IMG/VR virus record: IMGVR_UViG_3300036796_000104 | Coordinates: 1-38,435 of that record | Source: a virus | Taxonomy: Duplodnaviria; Caudoviricetes | Reading direction: 5' to 3' (one strand) | Length of the DNA: 38,435 nt | Part shown: positions 1 through 8,891 of the stretch, one piece after another | Position numbering within the stretch: position 1 is the stretch's first letter | Layout of the letters: the number at the start of each line of letters is the position of its first letter | The notes under the pieces: model-generated | The model's input: only the letters and a program-made list of their open reading frames with translations | The model's database searches: none | What the model was told of the DNA's origin: nothing | Translations under genes and position numbers: made by a program

Positions 1-145
1 GTATAACCGCTATCTTTTAGTGCCGCGATTTAACCGCACACCAACGGCAACCAAACAGTTTATTCAGTTAACCTGGCTGGAAGTTATTTTGTCGGTATTG
101 GTGCTACTGGCAGTGAGCGTATTCGCTACCTGGGAACCGTACTGA
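1..145 (+). CDS. yebZ: 3' end of CopD-family copper homeostasis membrane protein (partial)
   Basis: Frame from nt 2 reads [10 protein letters not shown]...[13 protein letters not shown], resembling the YebZ C-terminus; lies directly upstream of yebY. Confidence 0.85.
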   Translation, partial: YNRYLLVPRFNRTPTATKQFIQLTWLEVILSVLVLLAVSVFATWEPY

Positions 146-171
146 AGGCGTTATTAGCTCAAGAGATATTC

Positions 172-513
172 ATGAAAAAAAGTATTCTGACGTTGGTATT
201 GCTGGCTTGTGCGAGTAGTGCATTGGCAGCACCACAAATTATCACTGTTAGCCGTTTTGAAATGGGCAAAGATAACTGGGCATTTAACCGTGAAGAGGTG
301 ATGCTAAGTTGCCGTCCGGGACATGCGCTATTTGCGATTAACCCGAGTACGCTAATGCAATACCCGTTAAACGATGTTGCCCAGCAACAAGTGAGCAGCG
401 GCAAAACGACCGGCCAGCCAATTTCTGTGATTCAAATTGACGATCCTAAACAGCCAGGCCAAAAAAAGAGCCTGGCTCCGTTTATTGAACGTGCTGAGAA
501 GTTATGTAGTTAA
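172..513 (+). CDS. yebY: YebY family periplasmic protein
   Basis: Signal peptide plus [25 protein letters not shown]...[12 protein letters not shown]; yebZ-yebY-sdsR synteny. Confidence 0.92.
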   Translation: MKKSILTLVLLACASSALAAPQIITVSRFEMGKDNWAFNREEVMLSCRPGHALFAINPSTLMQYPLNDVAQQQVSSGKTTGQPISVIQIDDPKQPGQKKSLAPFIERAEKLCS

Positions 514-538
514 AAACGCTAAGCTGTTAATTCATAAT

Positions 539-579
539 AAAAAACCGCAATATCCGTAGCCCGGGCATTGCGGTTTTTT
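539..579. terminator. Bidirectional intrinsic terminator (yebY and antisense RyeA/SraC)
   Basis: aaaaaaccgcaat ... attgcggtttttt inverted repeat with A and T tracts on both sides. Confidence 0.75.
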
Positions 580-665
580 GCTAAAACATCACCTGTAACG
601 CGGTTTTTTTCCGAACACTTTTGCGCCGGACTGGAAAACCTGCGCCGGTAATCTATTCTTAGAAG

Positions 666-769
666 GCAAGGCGATGTCTGCCTGCATTAATGCCAACTTT
701 TAGCGCACGGCTCTCTCCCAAGAGCCATTTCCCTGGACCGAATATAGGAATCGTATTCGGTCTTTTTTT
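666..769 (+). ncRNA. sdsR: SdsR (RyeB) Hfq-dependent small RNA
   Basis: GCAAGGC...CCTGCATTAATGCCAACTTTTAGCGCACGGCTCTCTCCCAAGAGCCATTTCCCTGGACCGAAT...ATTCGGTCTTTTTTT matches the conserved SdsR sequence as recalled; sigmaS-type CTATTCT -10 element at 653-659; located next to yebY. Confidence 0.93.
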
Positions 770-775
770 ATCTGC
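753..775 (+). repeat. att core, left copy (gtattcggtctttttttatctgc)
   Basis: Identical to 35299-35321; overlaps the 3' arm of the SdsR terminator. Confidence 0.95.
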
Positions 776-856
776 TGTTTAAAAACAGCGACTTATAATC
801 AATTCAGTTACTTACCGCACATCCTGTTGCACTCCATTACACCCAATATGATGCTC

Positions 857-875
857 TGTAGTCACTTTGTGGACG
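857..875 (+). promoter_or_regulatory. Candidate integrase arm-type sites (tgtagtca / tgtggacg)
   Basis: Pair spaced 11 bp apart resembling the P2 arm site TGTGGACA; a similar pair (ggtagaca / aatcgaca) lies at 35242-35260. Confidence 0.5.
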
Positions 876-1899
876 CCCCGCCAAGCTTACTGAGCGGGTT
901 TAATATAAGCGCATCCTCAAGATGATCAGGTGCAAAATGGGCATAACGCATCGTAACCCGAATATCAGAATGCCCCAAAATTCTTTGCAGGACAATAATA
1001 TTCCCGCCTCCCATCATAAAATGACTGGCAAATGTATGTCTAAGTACATGACTCATTTGACCTTCTGGTAATACCAGACCCGCAATTTTTATTACACGAT
1101 AAAACTGGCGATAACATTGTTCGAAAGGCTTACCGTCACGGTCGATAAGTTCTTTGTATAACTCATCAGATATTGGAACTGTTCGGTTCTTTTTGCCCTT
1201 CGTGTTTACGAAAGTAATCTTATTAGGTGAGAGTTGAGATTTCTTAAGATTTGCTGCTTCGCTCCATCGTGCTCCAGTGGAAAGGCAGATTTTAACAATC
1301 AGTGTTAATTCAGGATTTCCATGCCCACGGCATGCCCCCATTAATTTCTGCACTTCATCATCCGTCAGCCAGGACATCTCTTTTTCAGGCTCATCAAATT
1401 CACGAATATTTTTGAGTGGGTTAGGGTAGTTAACCTCACCAAGCCGGGTTAATTCATTAAACACTGCTCGTAGAAAGGCATGTTCACAGTTCACCGTTCC
1501 GATGGAAACCTTGAGTGATTTTTCACTGGTTTTATAGCCGTTAGCAATCTGGCCGGTAAGTCGTCTATCCCGGTAATGTGCCCAATCTTTGGCTGTGATT
1601 TGTGAGGCTACGGGATCACAAAGGCCATTGCAGATAATATGCAGCTTTCCTAAGCGGCCTTTCTTATCACTGAGAGAGCAACCGTGCAGCTTGTACCATA
1701 ACTCGATGAGTTCGCTCAGGTGGCGACGATCATCTTTCTCCGCCAGCCAAGGCTTTTGTTTCGTCTGTTCGAGTTGATAACTTTCATAGGCAAGAGCTTC
1801 GCCTTTAGTGGAAAACTTCTTTCTAATGCGCTTACTTCCTCGCCCGTCTGTATAGACATCGCAAAGCCATTGGCCATCAGCTTGCTTGCGTACGGTCAT
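862..1899 (-). CDS. int: Tyrosine recombinase / phage integrase (186/HP1-like)
   Basis: Catalytic motifs TGARWSE, HVLRHTFASH and LGHSDIRVTMRYAH; 3' end abuts att. Confidence 0.96.
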   Translation of the reverse strand: MTVRKQADGQWLCDVYTDGRGSKRIRKKFSTKGEALAYESYQLEQTKQKPWLAEKDDRRHLSELIELWYKLHGCSLSDKKGRLGKLHIICNGLCDPVASQITAKDWAHYRDRRLTGQIANGYKTSEKSLKVSIGTVNCEHAFLRAVFNELTRLGEVNYPNPLKNIREFDEPEKEMSWLTDDEVQKLMGACRGHGNPELTLIVKICLSTGARWSEAANLKKSQLSPNKITFVNTKGKKNRTVPISDELYKELIDRDGKPFEQCYRQFYRVIKIAGLVLPEGQMSHVLRHTFASHFMMGGGNIIVLQRILGHSDIRVTMRYAHFAPDHLEDALILNPLSKLGGASTK

Positions 1900-1928
1900 G
1901 TGAGAATCTCGCTAAATCAAATGGTTAA

Positions 1929-1957
1929 AAAATACTGTATATTTAAACAGTATTCAA
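1929..1957 (-). promoter_or_regulatory. Putative int promoter with LexA (SOS) box in the spacer
   Basis: Minus strand TTGAAT-N17-TATTTT; TACTGTATATTTAAACAGTA at 1933-1952 fits CTG-N10-CAG. Confidence 0.78.
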
Positions 1958-2034
1958 TGTTTGATTTTGCAAACTCATACATTCAAATGCTAATGGAAAG
2001 GCGTATCTTCATTGGGAGAAGGGAAAGCGGATAT

Positions 2035-2062
2035 AAAAAAACCTGCTTTCGCAGGCCTTTTT
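2035..2062 (-). terminator. Intrinsic terminator after ogr
   Basis: cctgc-tttc-gcagg hairpin with A7 on one side and T5 on the other. Confidence 0.8.
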
Positions 2063-2281
2063 CTACATCCAGAGCTGTTGTTGTTTATAGCGGTTAGGGT
2101 GGGGTGGGGCGGGTTCAACTTCGCCAGGCTTTACGATGTATCGCGCAAGAGACTCATGGGTGACAAAAGTGCATCCACAGTTGATATTCTGGCACTGGTG
2201 GTAGCGCTCTTTTGTTTCGATACTCAAATATCTACTGGATCGCGCGTGGGCAGCGTCCTGACATAACGGGCAATGCATCAT
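2063..2281 (-). CDS. ogr: Ogr/Delta (186 B-like) zinc-finger late activator
   Basis: MMHCPLCQDAAHARSSRYLS...ERYHQCQNINCGCTFVT; follows gene D. Confidence 0.96.
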   Translation of the reverse strand: MMHCPLCQDAAHARSSRYLSIETKERYHQCQNINCGCTFVTHESLARYIVKPGEVEPAPPHPNRYKQQQLWM

Positions 2282-2363
2282 GATTTATTTCCCCCTCTCG
2301 CTCATCATTGGGGAATGATAAACTCAAGAGTTGCATTTGCAAGTTATTGTTTGCAAATTACAC

Positions 2364-3518
2364 TTAATCAAGTTCATAACTCACATCATTTAATCTTACC
2401 TCAAGCTCAAGCGACGTCGTGAAGCCGCTATTACTGAGAGAGTGCATAACCTTAGTGATGGTCCACGCTTGCTCGTCTATCACGCGCTTAAAGCCTGTGA
2501 CCGTGACCGGTGTTTCCGGGTAGAGATCTGCGCGCCCCATGGCGAGACTAATCGAAAACTCCGCCACCCCGCGTTGTAGTTTGTCCCATTTGGCCTGAGC
2601 CGCGCGCATCGCCTGCGCTTTACTGGCGTAAATGGTGGTCAGCGCAAACACGTTATCTTCCTCACCGACCATATACTCGCCTTCGCGTGATTCCTTTTCC
2701 TTTGGCGCGGCCCTGGCTTTTACCGGCTGCGCTTTCGGGTGCTGGAGGGCGCGCAGATTTTGCGGTTTCGCTTTACGTTTGAGTTTCACTTGCTGTTTCT
2801 GCGCTTTCGGCTCTCTGGTATGCAACCATTTCGCGGTGACGCCGGTGTACGCACTCCGGTCGGCAATCGCAAACTGATGACGGTCACCGTCACTGCGCTC
2901 GAGGGTCATCTGTGGGATCGGTCTGCCGCTGGCCGTGACTCCGGCCCCCGCTTTCAGGAACAGCAATTTCCCCGCCTTGACCGACACCTCCGCCCCGTTA
3001 CGCTCCGCCAGGCGGGTGAGAAATTTCGCGTCTGACTCCTGCGACTGGTCGATATGTGGAATGGCAATCGAAGCAAACAGCGGCGCGACACTGGCCGTCA
3101 GCTTATTACGGCTGGCGATGGTGTTGAGGATTTCACCGAGGGTGGTGTCGTGATACGAGGCTTCACGGCGGGAGTTGAGTGTGCCGCGAAAATCCGCACT
3201 TCTTGCCCGGATGGTCAGCGTGTCCGGTGCGCCCCGGTGCTCAATTTCATCCACCGTGAATTGTCCTTTGCCGAGTAATGCCGAACCCTGCCAGCCGAGA
3301 AATAGTGAAAGTACTGCACCGCGCGCCGGTAACTTAATCAGGCCATCAGTGTCGTCGAGTTCGATATCGAGCTGGTCAGCCTCAAAGCCCCGGTTATCGG
3401 TCATGCTGAGGCTAATCAGCCGCTCACTGATATTACGGGTGATGTCCTGATTATTGAGTGTCAGCATAAACGCTGGTGCCATCGTCGCGCCTGCATCCAG
3501 TGTCATTCCGGTCAGCAT
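2364..3518 (-). CDS. D: P2 gpD-like tail/baseplate hub protein
   Basis: DNRGFEADQLDIELDD, HIDQSQESD motifs; P2 order T-U-D-ogr. Confidence 0.94.
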   Translation of the reverse strand: MLTGMTLDAGATMAPAFMLTLNNQDITRNISERLISLSMTDNRGFEADQLDIELDDTDGLIKLPARGAVLSLFLGWQGSALLGKGQFTVDEIEHRGAPDTLTIRARSADFRGTLNSRREASYHDTTLGEILNTIASRNKLTASVAPLFASIAIPHIDQSQESDAKFLTRLAERNGAEVSVKAGKLLFLKAGAGVTASGRPIPQMTLERSDGDRHQFAIADRSAYTGVTAKWLHTREPKAQKQQVKLKRKAKPQNLRALQHPKAQPVKARAAPKEKESREGEYMVGEEDNVFALTTIYASKAQAMRAAQAKWDKLQRGVAEFSISLAMGRADLYPETPVTVTGFKRVIDEQAWTITKVMHSLSNSGFTTSLELEVRLNDVSYELD

Positions 3519-3979
3519 TAAAATAACCCTCCGACTTTGCTCTGCATGTTCCCGACCAGGCTGTCGGCCTGCTTCTGAATATCACCAAACATCGCCGTCA
3601 GGGACTCATCCACGCGCGTGAGGTTGACGGTAAAATCAATTTTGCGCGCTGAGCCATCGGCAAAAAACTCGGTGTAAGTCTCGCTAACCGAATTAATCAC
3701 AAACATGCCATAGATGGTACCGCTGCCATCGAGCAACGGCCACGCGCGCCCCTCATCGGCCATCAGGTTAAGTGCCAGCAGTGACAATTTCCCACCGGTG
3801 ATTTCCGGCAGCAGGCTTCCGGTGAGGACAATTTTTTCCTCGTTGACGCCGAGAAACTGCATCGCCGGTCGCTGGCCGATGCGACTGTTTGACGGCCAGC
3901 GGTAATCCACATCCCGTTGCAGGCTCTGGTAAGGCAGCGTCTGTAACTGAAAAACAAACATGCCGAGGGCAAGCATCAT
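3518..3979 (-). CDS. U: P2 gpU-like tail protein
   Basis: MMLALGMFVF...TLPYQ; between T and D. Confidence 0.94.
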   Translation of the reverse strand: MMLALGMFVFQLQTLPYQSLQRDVDYRWPSNSRIGQRPAMQFLGVNEEKIVLTGSLLPEITGGKLSLLALNLMADEGRAWPLLDGSGTIYGMFVINSVSETYTEFFADGSARKIDFTVNLTRVDESLTAMFGDIQKQADSLVGNMQSKVGGLF

Positions 3980-3990
3980 TGTCGGTCTCC

Positions 3991-6429
3991 TTAGTCGTGC
4001 ATCATGCTGGCGCGCTGTTTGGCACGTTTCTCACGCTCGTATTTTTCCAGACTGTCGCGCAGCTGGCGGTCAAGTTCACCGCCGTTCTGCACGCCACCCC
4101 CGATCGCAATGTGGTACTCGTTGCGGCTCTGGTCGGTATAGCTTTTACCGGCACTGGCCGTAACCGGCTGATAACTGCCGGTCAGCAGCCCACCGGACGG
4201 GGAATAGCCGCCTGAGCCGTTCGTCCAGGCATTCACCTGTTCGGCTTTTGCATCAAGCTGGCCGGACTCCTGATTGATAAGACCGAGCTTCTCCAGCACA
4301 TAATCAATCCCGCTGCGCAGTGCGGTGACCGGGGCCAGCGCAAGCTTAAACGCCCCGGCCAGCGCCTGACCGACGGCAACGCCCGAATCTTTCCAGGCGT
4401 CAAGCGTATCTTTGCTGGCTTTGACTGGTGCAATCAGCTCAGTGAACCACTGCCACACCGCCCGGAGTTTCTGCACCACCGCGTCAAATAGCGGTATAAA
4501 CGGGGCGAACATCTCCCCGACCGGTGCAAAGGCGGCGCTAATTCCCTCGACCACACCGGAGAAAAATGCCCCCAGCGGCTCCCAGTATTTACGGATCATC
4601 AATGCACCGCCGACGATAAGCGCGCCCACCGCCACAATCGGCCAGGTAAGCGCACCGAGTACCGTCATAATCGCACCACCGGCCACGGTAAACGCGGTGC
4701 CGAGCAGACCGGCAGCGGCAATCATGGCATTCACCCCGGCAATCACCGGCCACGCCACCAGACCAATGGCACCCACCATCCCCACCACGGCCAGTGCCAC
4801 ACCGCCGACTTTGAGCAACGTCTGCGCCAGCCCTTTGTTTTGCACAATCCAGTGGTCAAGTTTCAGCACATATTTTGTGGCGGTCTGCGTCAGCTTACGA
4901 AGTGACGATTCCTGCTGGTCAAACAGGTCAGTGCCGACCGCCTCATAAGCCGACTGAAACTCTTTAAAGTCGCCGCCGAGGTTGTCCTGCATCACCTTGA
5001 CCAGTTCCGCAGTTTTGCCGTCCGAGGCTTTAAAGGTTGCGGTGAGCTTATCGAGTTTGCCGGTCATGGCATCAGTCATCAGCACGGCGGCGGCGGAGCT
5101 GGCCTCCTCACCAAAGATGACTTTCATGTACTCGGCCTTCTGCGCCGTGCCGAGTTTGTTTTTCTCAAAACTGGTCTGCATTTCTTTCAGCAGCGTAAAC
5201 AGCGGGCGCATATTGCCTTTCGCATCCGTGTTTTTTACCCCCAGCTCACCGAGTGCGGTTTTTGCCTGGCCGACCGGTGCCTGCAACCGGCTGATCACCG
5301 CGCGACTGCCGGTGCCTGCCATCGAGCCGGTGATTTTCGCATCGTGCAGCGCACCTGCCATCGCGGCGGTTTCTTCGATACTGATCCCGGCATTTTTCGC
5401 CACCGGCGCGACATAGGTAAGTGCATCACTCAGCCCGTTAAAGTCGGCGGCGGTTTTGTTCATCGTGGTCGACAGCACATCACCAATGTGCGCGACCTTG
5501 TCGTTTGACAGCTGGAAGGCGGAGCGCATCCCCATCAGCAGCGCGGCGTTTTCTTCCATCGTGCGCTGGTTGGCGAGCGCCATATTCAGCGTGACCGGCG
5601 TCGCGGCCTGAATGGCGGCACTGTCGCCACCGGCTTTGGCGATAATAATCTGCGCACCGGCGGCGTCATCGGCTGAGGCCGCCGTGTTGTCACCGAGCTG
5701 GCGCGCCTGTTTACGCAGGGCGTCCATTTCGGGTGAGGTTTTTTCCACCCCGAGCACCGCCTGCAACTCAGAATTTTTCTGCGCAAAGTCATAGCCCGGT
5801 TTCAGTATGCCCACGCCAGCCGCCACACCGGCGGTTGCCATGCCAACACCGGCGGCACCGACCGCGCCCGCTGTTCCGGCCAGCTCCTTACCGGCCTGAT
5901 AACGGTTTTTTACCGCGTTGAGTTTTGCCTGCTTCGCGCTGACCTGCTCCAGCGCCAGCTTCTGCCGGTTAAGCTGATTCGTGGTTTCACTGATACGGCC
6001 TTTCAGGCTCTTTTCATCGCGGGTGAGGTTGCGGGTATTAATCCCGGCTTGCCCGAGTTCACGCTGCTGGCGCTTCACCGATTCGGTGAGGCTGTTAACT
6101 TTGCTCTGCAATCCGTCTGCGGCCGCCTTTGCCGCCGTCAGCGCTTTCGCCTGCTCACGCGTCGGGCGTTCGGTGTTTTTAAACTGCGTGGCAAGTGCTT
6201 CGGCTTCGGCCTTTGCTTTAGTCAGTGACTGACCGGTGACGGCCAGCTGCGCACTCGTTTTGCGAAAGCCCTCGATGCGTGATGCCTGGCCGTTTAATTC
6301 CTTGAGGGTTTTCTGCGTGTTGCGAATATCACCCGACAGCGTTTTGCTCGCGGTCTGGATGTGTTTAAACGGGCGCGTCGCCTGGTCAACGGCTTTTAAC
6401 AGCACCTCGATTCTGACGTTATTACTCAT
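3991..6429 (-). CDS. T: Tail tape measure protein
   Basis: 812 aa, Ala-rich and helical, AVDQATRPF N-terminus, MQDNLGGDFKEFQSA; follows E/E'. Confidence 0.95.
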   Translation of the reverse strand: MSNNVRIEVLLKAVDQATRPFKHIQTASKTLSGDIRNTQKTLKELNGQASRIEGFRKTSAQLAVTGQSLTKAKAEAEALATQFKNTERPTREQAKALTAAKAAADGLQSKVNSLTESVKRQQRELGQAGINTRNLTRDEKSLKGRISETTNQLNRQKLALEQVSAKQAKLNAVKNRYQAGKELAGTAGAVGAAGVGMATAGVAAGVGILKPGYDFAQKNSELQAVLGVEKTSPEMDALRKQARQLGDNTAASADDAAGAQIIIAKAGGDSAAIQAATPVTLNMALANQRTMEENAALLMGMRSAFQLSNDKVAHIGDVLSTTMNKTAADFNGLSDALTYVAPVAKNAGISIEETAAMAGALHDAKITGSMAGTGSRAVISRLQAPVGQAKTALGELGVKNTDAKGNMRPLFTLLKEMQTSFEKNKLGTAQKAEYMKVIFGEEASSAAAVLMTDAMTGKLDKLTATFKASDGKTAELVKVMQDNLGGDFKEFQSAYEAVGTDLFDQQESSLRKLTQTATKYVLKLDHWIVQNKGLAQTLLKVGGVALAVVGMVGAIGLVAWPVIAGVNAMIAAAGLLGTAFTVAGGAIMTVLGALTWPIVAVGALIVGGALMIRKYWEPLGAFFSGVVEGISAAFAPVGEMFAPFIPLFDAVVQKLRAVWQWFTELIAPVKASKDTLDAWKDSGVAVGQALAGAFKLALAPVTALRSGIDYVLEKLGLINQESGQLDAKAEQVNAWTNGSGGYSPSGGLLTGSYQPVTASAGKSYTDQSRNEYHIAIGGGVQNGGELDRQLRDSLEKYEREKRAKQRASMMHD

Positions 6430-6541
6430 GAGAATTTCCGCTCCGTTTCAGCGCCATCTCGCGCCAGCTGATGAGGTCGGTCAGGCTCATGGGATACAGT
6501 TCTGACGGCGGCCAATGAAAAATCACTGCAATATCCGCCAT
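6422..6541 (-). CDS. gpE' extension (C-terminal part of the -1 frameshift product gpE+E')
   Basis: Not in the ORF track; reads MADIAVIFHWPPSELYPMSLTDLISWREMALKRSGNSHE*, in the -1 frame that is open from the slippery site in E. Confidence 0.9.
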   Translation of the reverse strand: MADIAVIFHWPPSELYPMSLTDLISWREMALKRSGNSHE

Positions 6542-6573
6542 CAGGTCGTCAACCATCAGCCCCGGCGGAAAAG

Positions 6574-6879
6574 TTAAGCCGCCGGATCCGGTGCCAAAAA
6601 ACCAATCACCTTCGCGGCAATACTCATCATGTCCGGCAACTCCAGTGCGGCAACATCCGACTCGGTCAGCGTCGGATAGGTCATACGCGGCAGCACCTTA
6701 ATCAGTGCGTTCACATCCGAACTGGCGACATCGGCGAGACTCACCCCACGTAGGGTGCCCGCCGTCGGCTTAATCAGGGTGATGGTTTCAATCACCATTT
6801 CCCCGCGTTGAATCGGTTTTACCAGGGTCACAATGTTCGGGTTATCAGACGTGTTTTTGTATTTTTTTGCGTTGCTCAT
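6574..6879 (-). CDS. E: Tail assembly chaperone gpE
   Basis: AGTLRGVSL...VLPRMTYPTL; start trimmed to ATG 6879, which follows a GGAG SD. Confidence 0.9.
   Translation of the reverse strand: MSNAKKYKNTSDNPNIVTLVKPIQRGEMVIETITLIKPTAGTLRGVSLADVASSDVNALIKVLPRMTYPTLTESDVAALELPDMMSIAAKVIGFLAPDPAA
6595..6601 (-). other. Programmed -1 frameshift slippery site TTTTTTG
   Basis: GGT TTT TTG near the end of E, as in P2 E/E'. Confidence 0.85.
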
Positions 6880-6938
6880 GGGTTTTACTCCGGGAATATA
6901 AAAAGGGTTACCGGCCAGCACACCTGACCGGGCAATAA

Positions 6939-7460
6939 TCAGGACAGGCCGATATTGCGGCGACGCTGCTCAAGGCGGTCGATGCCGTTGACCTTCTCAA
7001 TCATGTTGAGGGTGTCGATTTCAATCAGCTCTTTGCCGTTCATCGTCAGCTTGTAGTAGGTGCACACCGTGGTGATTTTGGTCTCGGTGTCTTCACCCTG
7101 TTTGCTGTCGCCGCCGTCAAATTCTTTATGACGACCACGCACCACTACCTCGACGGCGGTTTCTTCTTCGGTGTCGTCGCGCTGATACGAGCCTGCAAAG
7201 CGCAGCGGTACGCTGGAGGCACCCGGCAGCGCGTACTGCGCCCAGAGTGCTTCATCCGGGAAGCCCCCGAGCGTCCATTCAATCGTGAGCGCATCATCAT
7301 CGAGACCAAAATCCACCTGTGCGGCACCGTTCATGCCGCCGCCGCGATAATTTTCCAGCTTGCGGGTAAGTTTCGGCAGCGTCACCGAGGACACCACGCC
7401 CATATAACTGAGGCCGTCGTTAAACAGGTTGAGTGATTTAAGTTTGCGGGGCATTGCCAT
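6939..7460 (-). CDS. FII: Major tail tube protein
   Basis: MAMPRKLK..NLFNDG...TLPKLTRKLENYRGGGM. Confidence 0.96.
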   Translation of the reverse strand: MAMPRKLKSLNLFNDGLSYMGVVSSVTLPKLTRKLENYRGGGMNGAAQVDFGLDDDALTIEWTLGGFPDEALWAQYALPGASSVPLRFAGSYQRDDTEEETAVEVVVRGRHKEFDGGDSKQGEDTETKITTVCTYYKLTMNGKELIEIDTLNMIEKVNGIDRLEQRRRNIGLS

Positions 7461-7473
7461 ATTTCAGTGCTCC

Positions 7474-8652
7474 TTATCCATTAACCGAGGCAATCAGGTT
7501 CACCAGATATTTATCGGTGATGCGCTGACGCAGGGTGAGGTTTTCCAGTGGCGGCACCGGCGTGTAGTCGTAATCGAGATACAGTTTCCCGGCTTTGAGC
7601 GATTCCTTATCGTTGGCCGTTTCATCAAACCAGCAATCCGCATCCACGATATAACCGGCGGTTTTCAGCTCGCGGAATTTAGCCTTGATACCGTCGACAA
7701 TGTCGCGGATGAGCACCGGGGTAATGGGTTTATCCACCGCCCACATATGCCCCTCCGCCATGGTGTCGGCAATCACCTGTGCGGTGCGGGTGTAGTTCTC
7801 AAACAGGAATAACGGGTCGTCAGAGCAGGTGCGGTTGCCCCAGAAACGAAAACCGTCCTTGCGGATAAGCGTGGTCACACCCGCCTCATTGAGCAGGTCG
7901 GCATCGGTGCCGGGTGCCTGTAAATCCCAGAACACAGAGGCGCTGATGCCGGTGACACCCTGCACACCGACGTTTGACAGGGTTTTATGCCAGCCGACCG
8001 TCTGGTCGATGTAAGCCCGCAGACCGAGGGCGCGCGCCGTCGCGTAAGCCGGGGCGCTGGCGTTTTTCACTGTGTCCCAGGCAATAAAGTCCGGCCAGAT
8101 AACCATTAATTCACGCTGGCTGAAATTGTCGCGGTACTTGATGGCGTCACTCAGGGTTTTGCAGTCCCACGCACTGACATAGCCAAAAGCGCGCAGGCTG
8201 ACACAGGCCGAGGCGAGTGCGACCGCCACCGGCTGCGAATCCAGACCCGGCACACCGAGAATGCGCGGGCGTACACCGGTGACCGCTTCGGCGGTAAGCA
8301 GCGCTTTAATGCCGGTGTATTTGCCGTTTTCATCGGTGCCGCCAATGAGGTTCGACAAGGTCTGCTCTTCAGCATCGTCACCGGTGCCTTCTTCGACACG
8401 CACCACAATGGTGACCGGCTTGCACTGGTCAGCAATCGCCTGTAGCGAGGCCGCAAGCGTGCCTTTGGTTCCGGCCTTGCCGATGGCGGTCTGCACATTG
8501 GTGATGAGCACCGGCTCATTGAGGGGAAAGGTTTTCGCGTCGGCATCGCTGGCAGTGCACACCATGCCGATGACCGCCGTCGAGACCGTGGAAATAACAC
8601 GCGTGCCGTCGTTGATTTCAACAACCTGCACGCCGTGGTGATAGTCACTCAT
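7474..8652 (-). CDS. FI: Tail sheath protein
   Basis: Starts MSDYHHGV at 8652; GFRFWGNRTCSDDPLF motif. Confidence 0.96.
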   Translation of the reverse strand: MSDYHHGVQVVEINDGTRVISTVSTAVIGMVCTASDADAKTFPLNEPVLITNVQTAIGKAGTKGTLAASLQAIADQCKPVTIVVRVEEGTGDDAEEQTLSNLIGGTDENGKYTGIKALLTAEAVTGVRPRILGVPGLDSQPVAVALASACVSLRAFGYVSAWDCKTLSDAIKYRDNFSQRELMVIWPDFIAWDTVKNASAPAYATARALGLRAYIDQTVGWHKTLSNVGVQGVTGISASVFWDLQAPGTDADLLNEAGVTTLIRKDGFRFWGNRTCSDDPLFLFENYTRTAQVIADTMAEGHMWAVDKPITPVLIRDIVDGIKAKFRELKTAGYIVDADCWFDETANDKESLKAGKLYLDYDYTPVPPLENLTLRQRITDKYLVNLIASVNG

Positions 8653-8724
8653 CCGGGACACTCCGTAGTTTTCAGGAATGTCTATTTTCGGCGGTTGTGT
8701 GAGGAGGGAGCCAGCAATGGGGGA

Positions 8725-8744
8725 TGGGTGAGGCGAGGCACAAC
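8725..8744 (-). promoter_or_regulatory. Candidate Ogr-binding site of late promoter PF
   Basis: TGG-N12-ACAac, a near match to TGT-N12-ACA, upstream of FI; same form at V and O/P. Confidence 0.6.
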
Positions 8745-8787
8745 AACCCGATAAAAATAATGAAATCAAGGGTTCTGCGAGGCCCTT

Positions 8788-8837
8788 ATTGATCGGTGAG
8801 AGCGATCAATCCGGGATAATTGATCGTTTATATCCAT
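8788..8837. promoter_or_regulatory. GATC cluster / OxyR-like half sites (gtr-like element)
   Basis: ATTGATCG-N7-CGATCAAT palindrome, then ATTGATCGTTTATATCCAT; GATC at 8791, 8804 and 8822. Confidence 0.5.
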
Positions 8838-8891
8838 TATCTATCAGGGGATATTGCCGCTATCGTCTCAACCATTCACGGAGGCGATGCG

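Noticed and set aside
1720-2266. + strand ORFs across the int-ogr interval
   Set aside because: They overlap int, its promoter, the terminator and ogr in antisense, with no coding signal.
6422-6601. Apparent frameshifted or broken gene after E
   Set aside because: This is the established P2 E/E' programmed -1 frameshift, neither a pseudogene nor novel.
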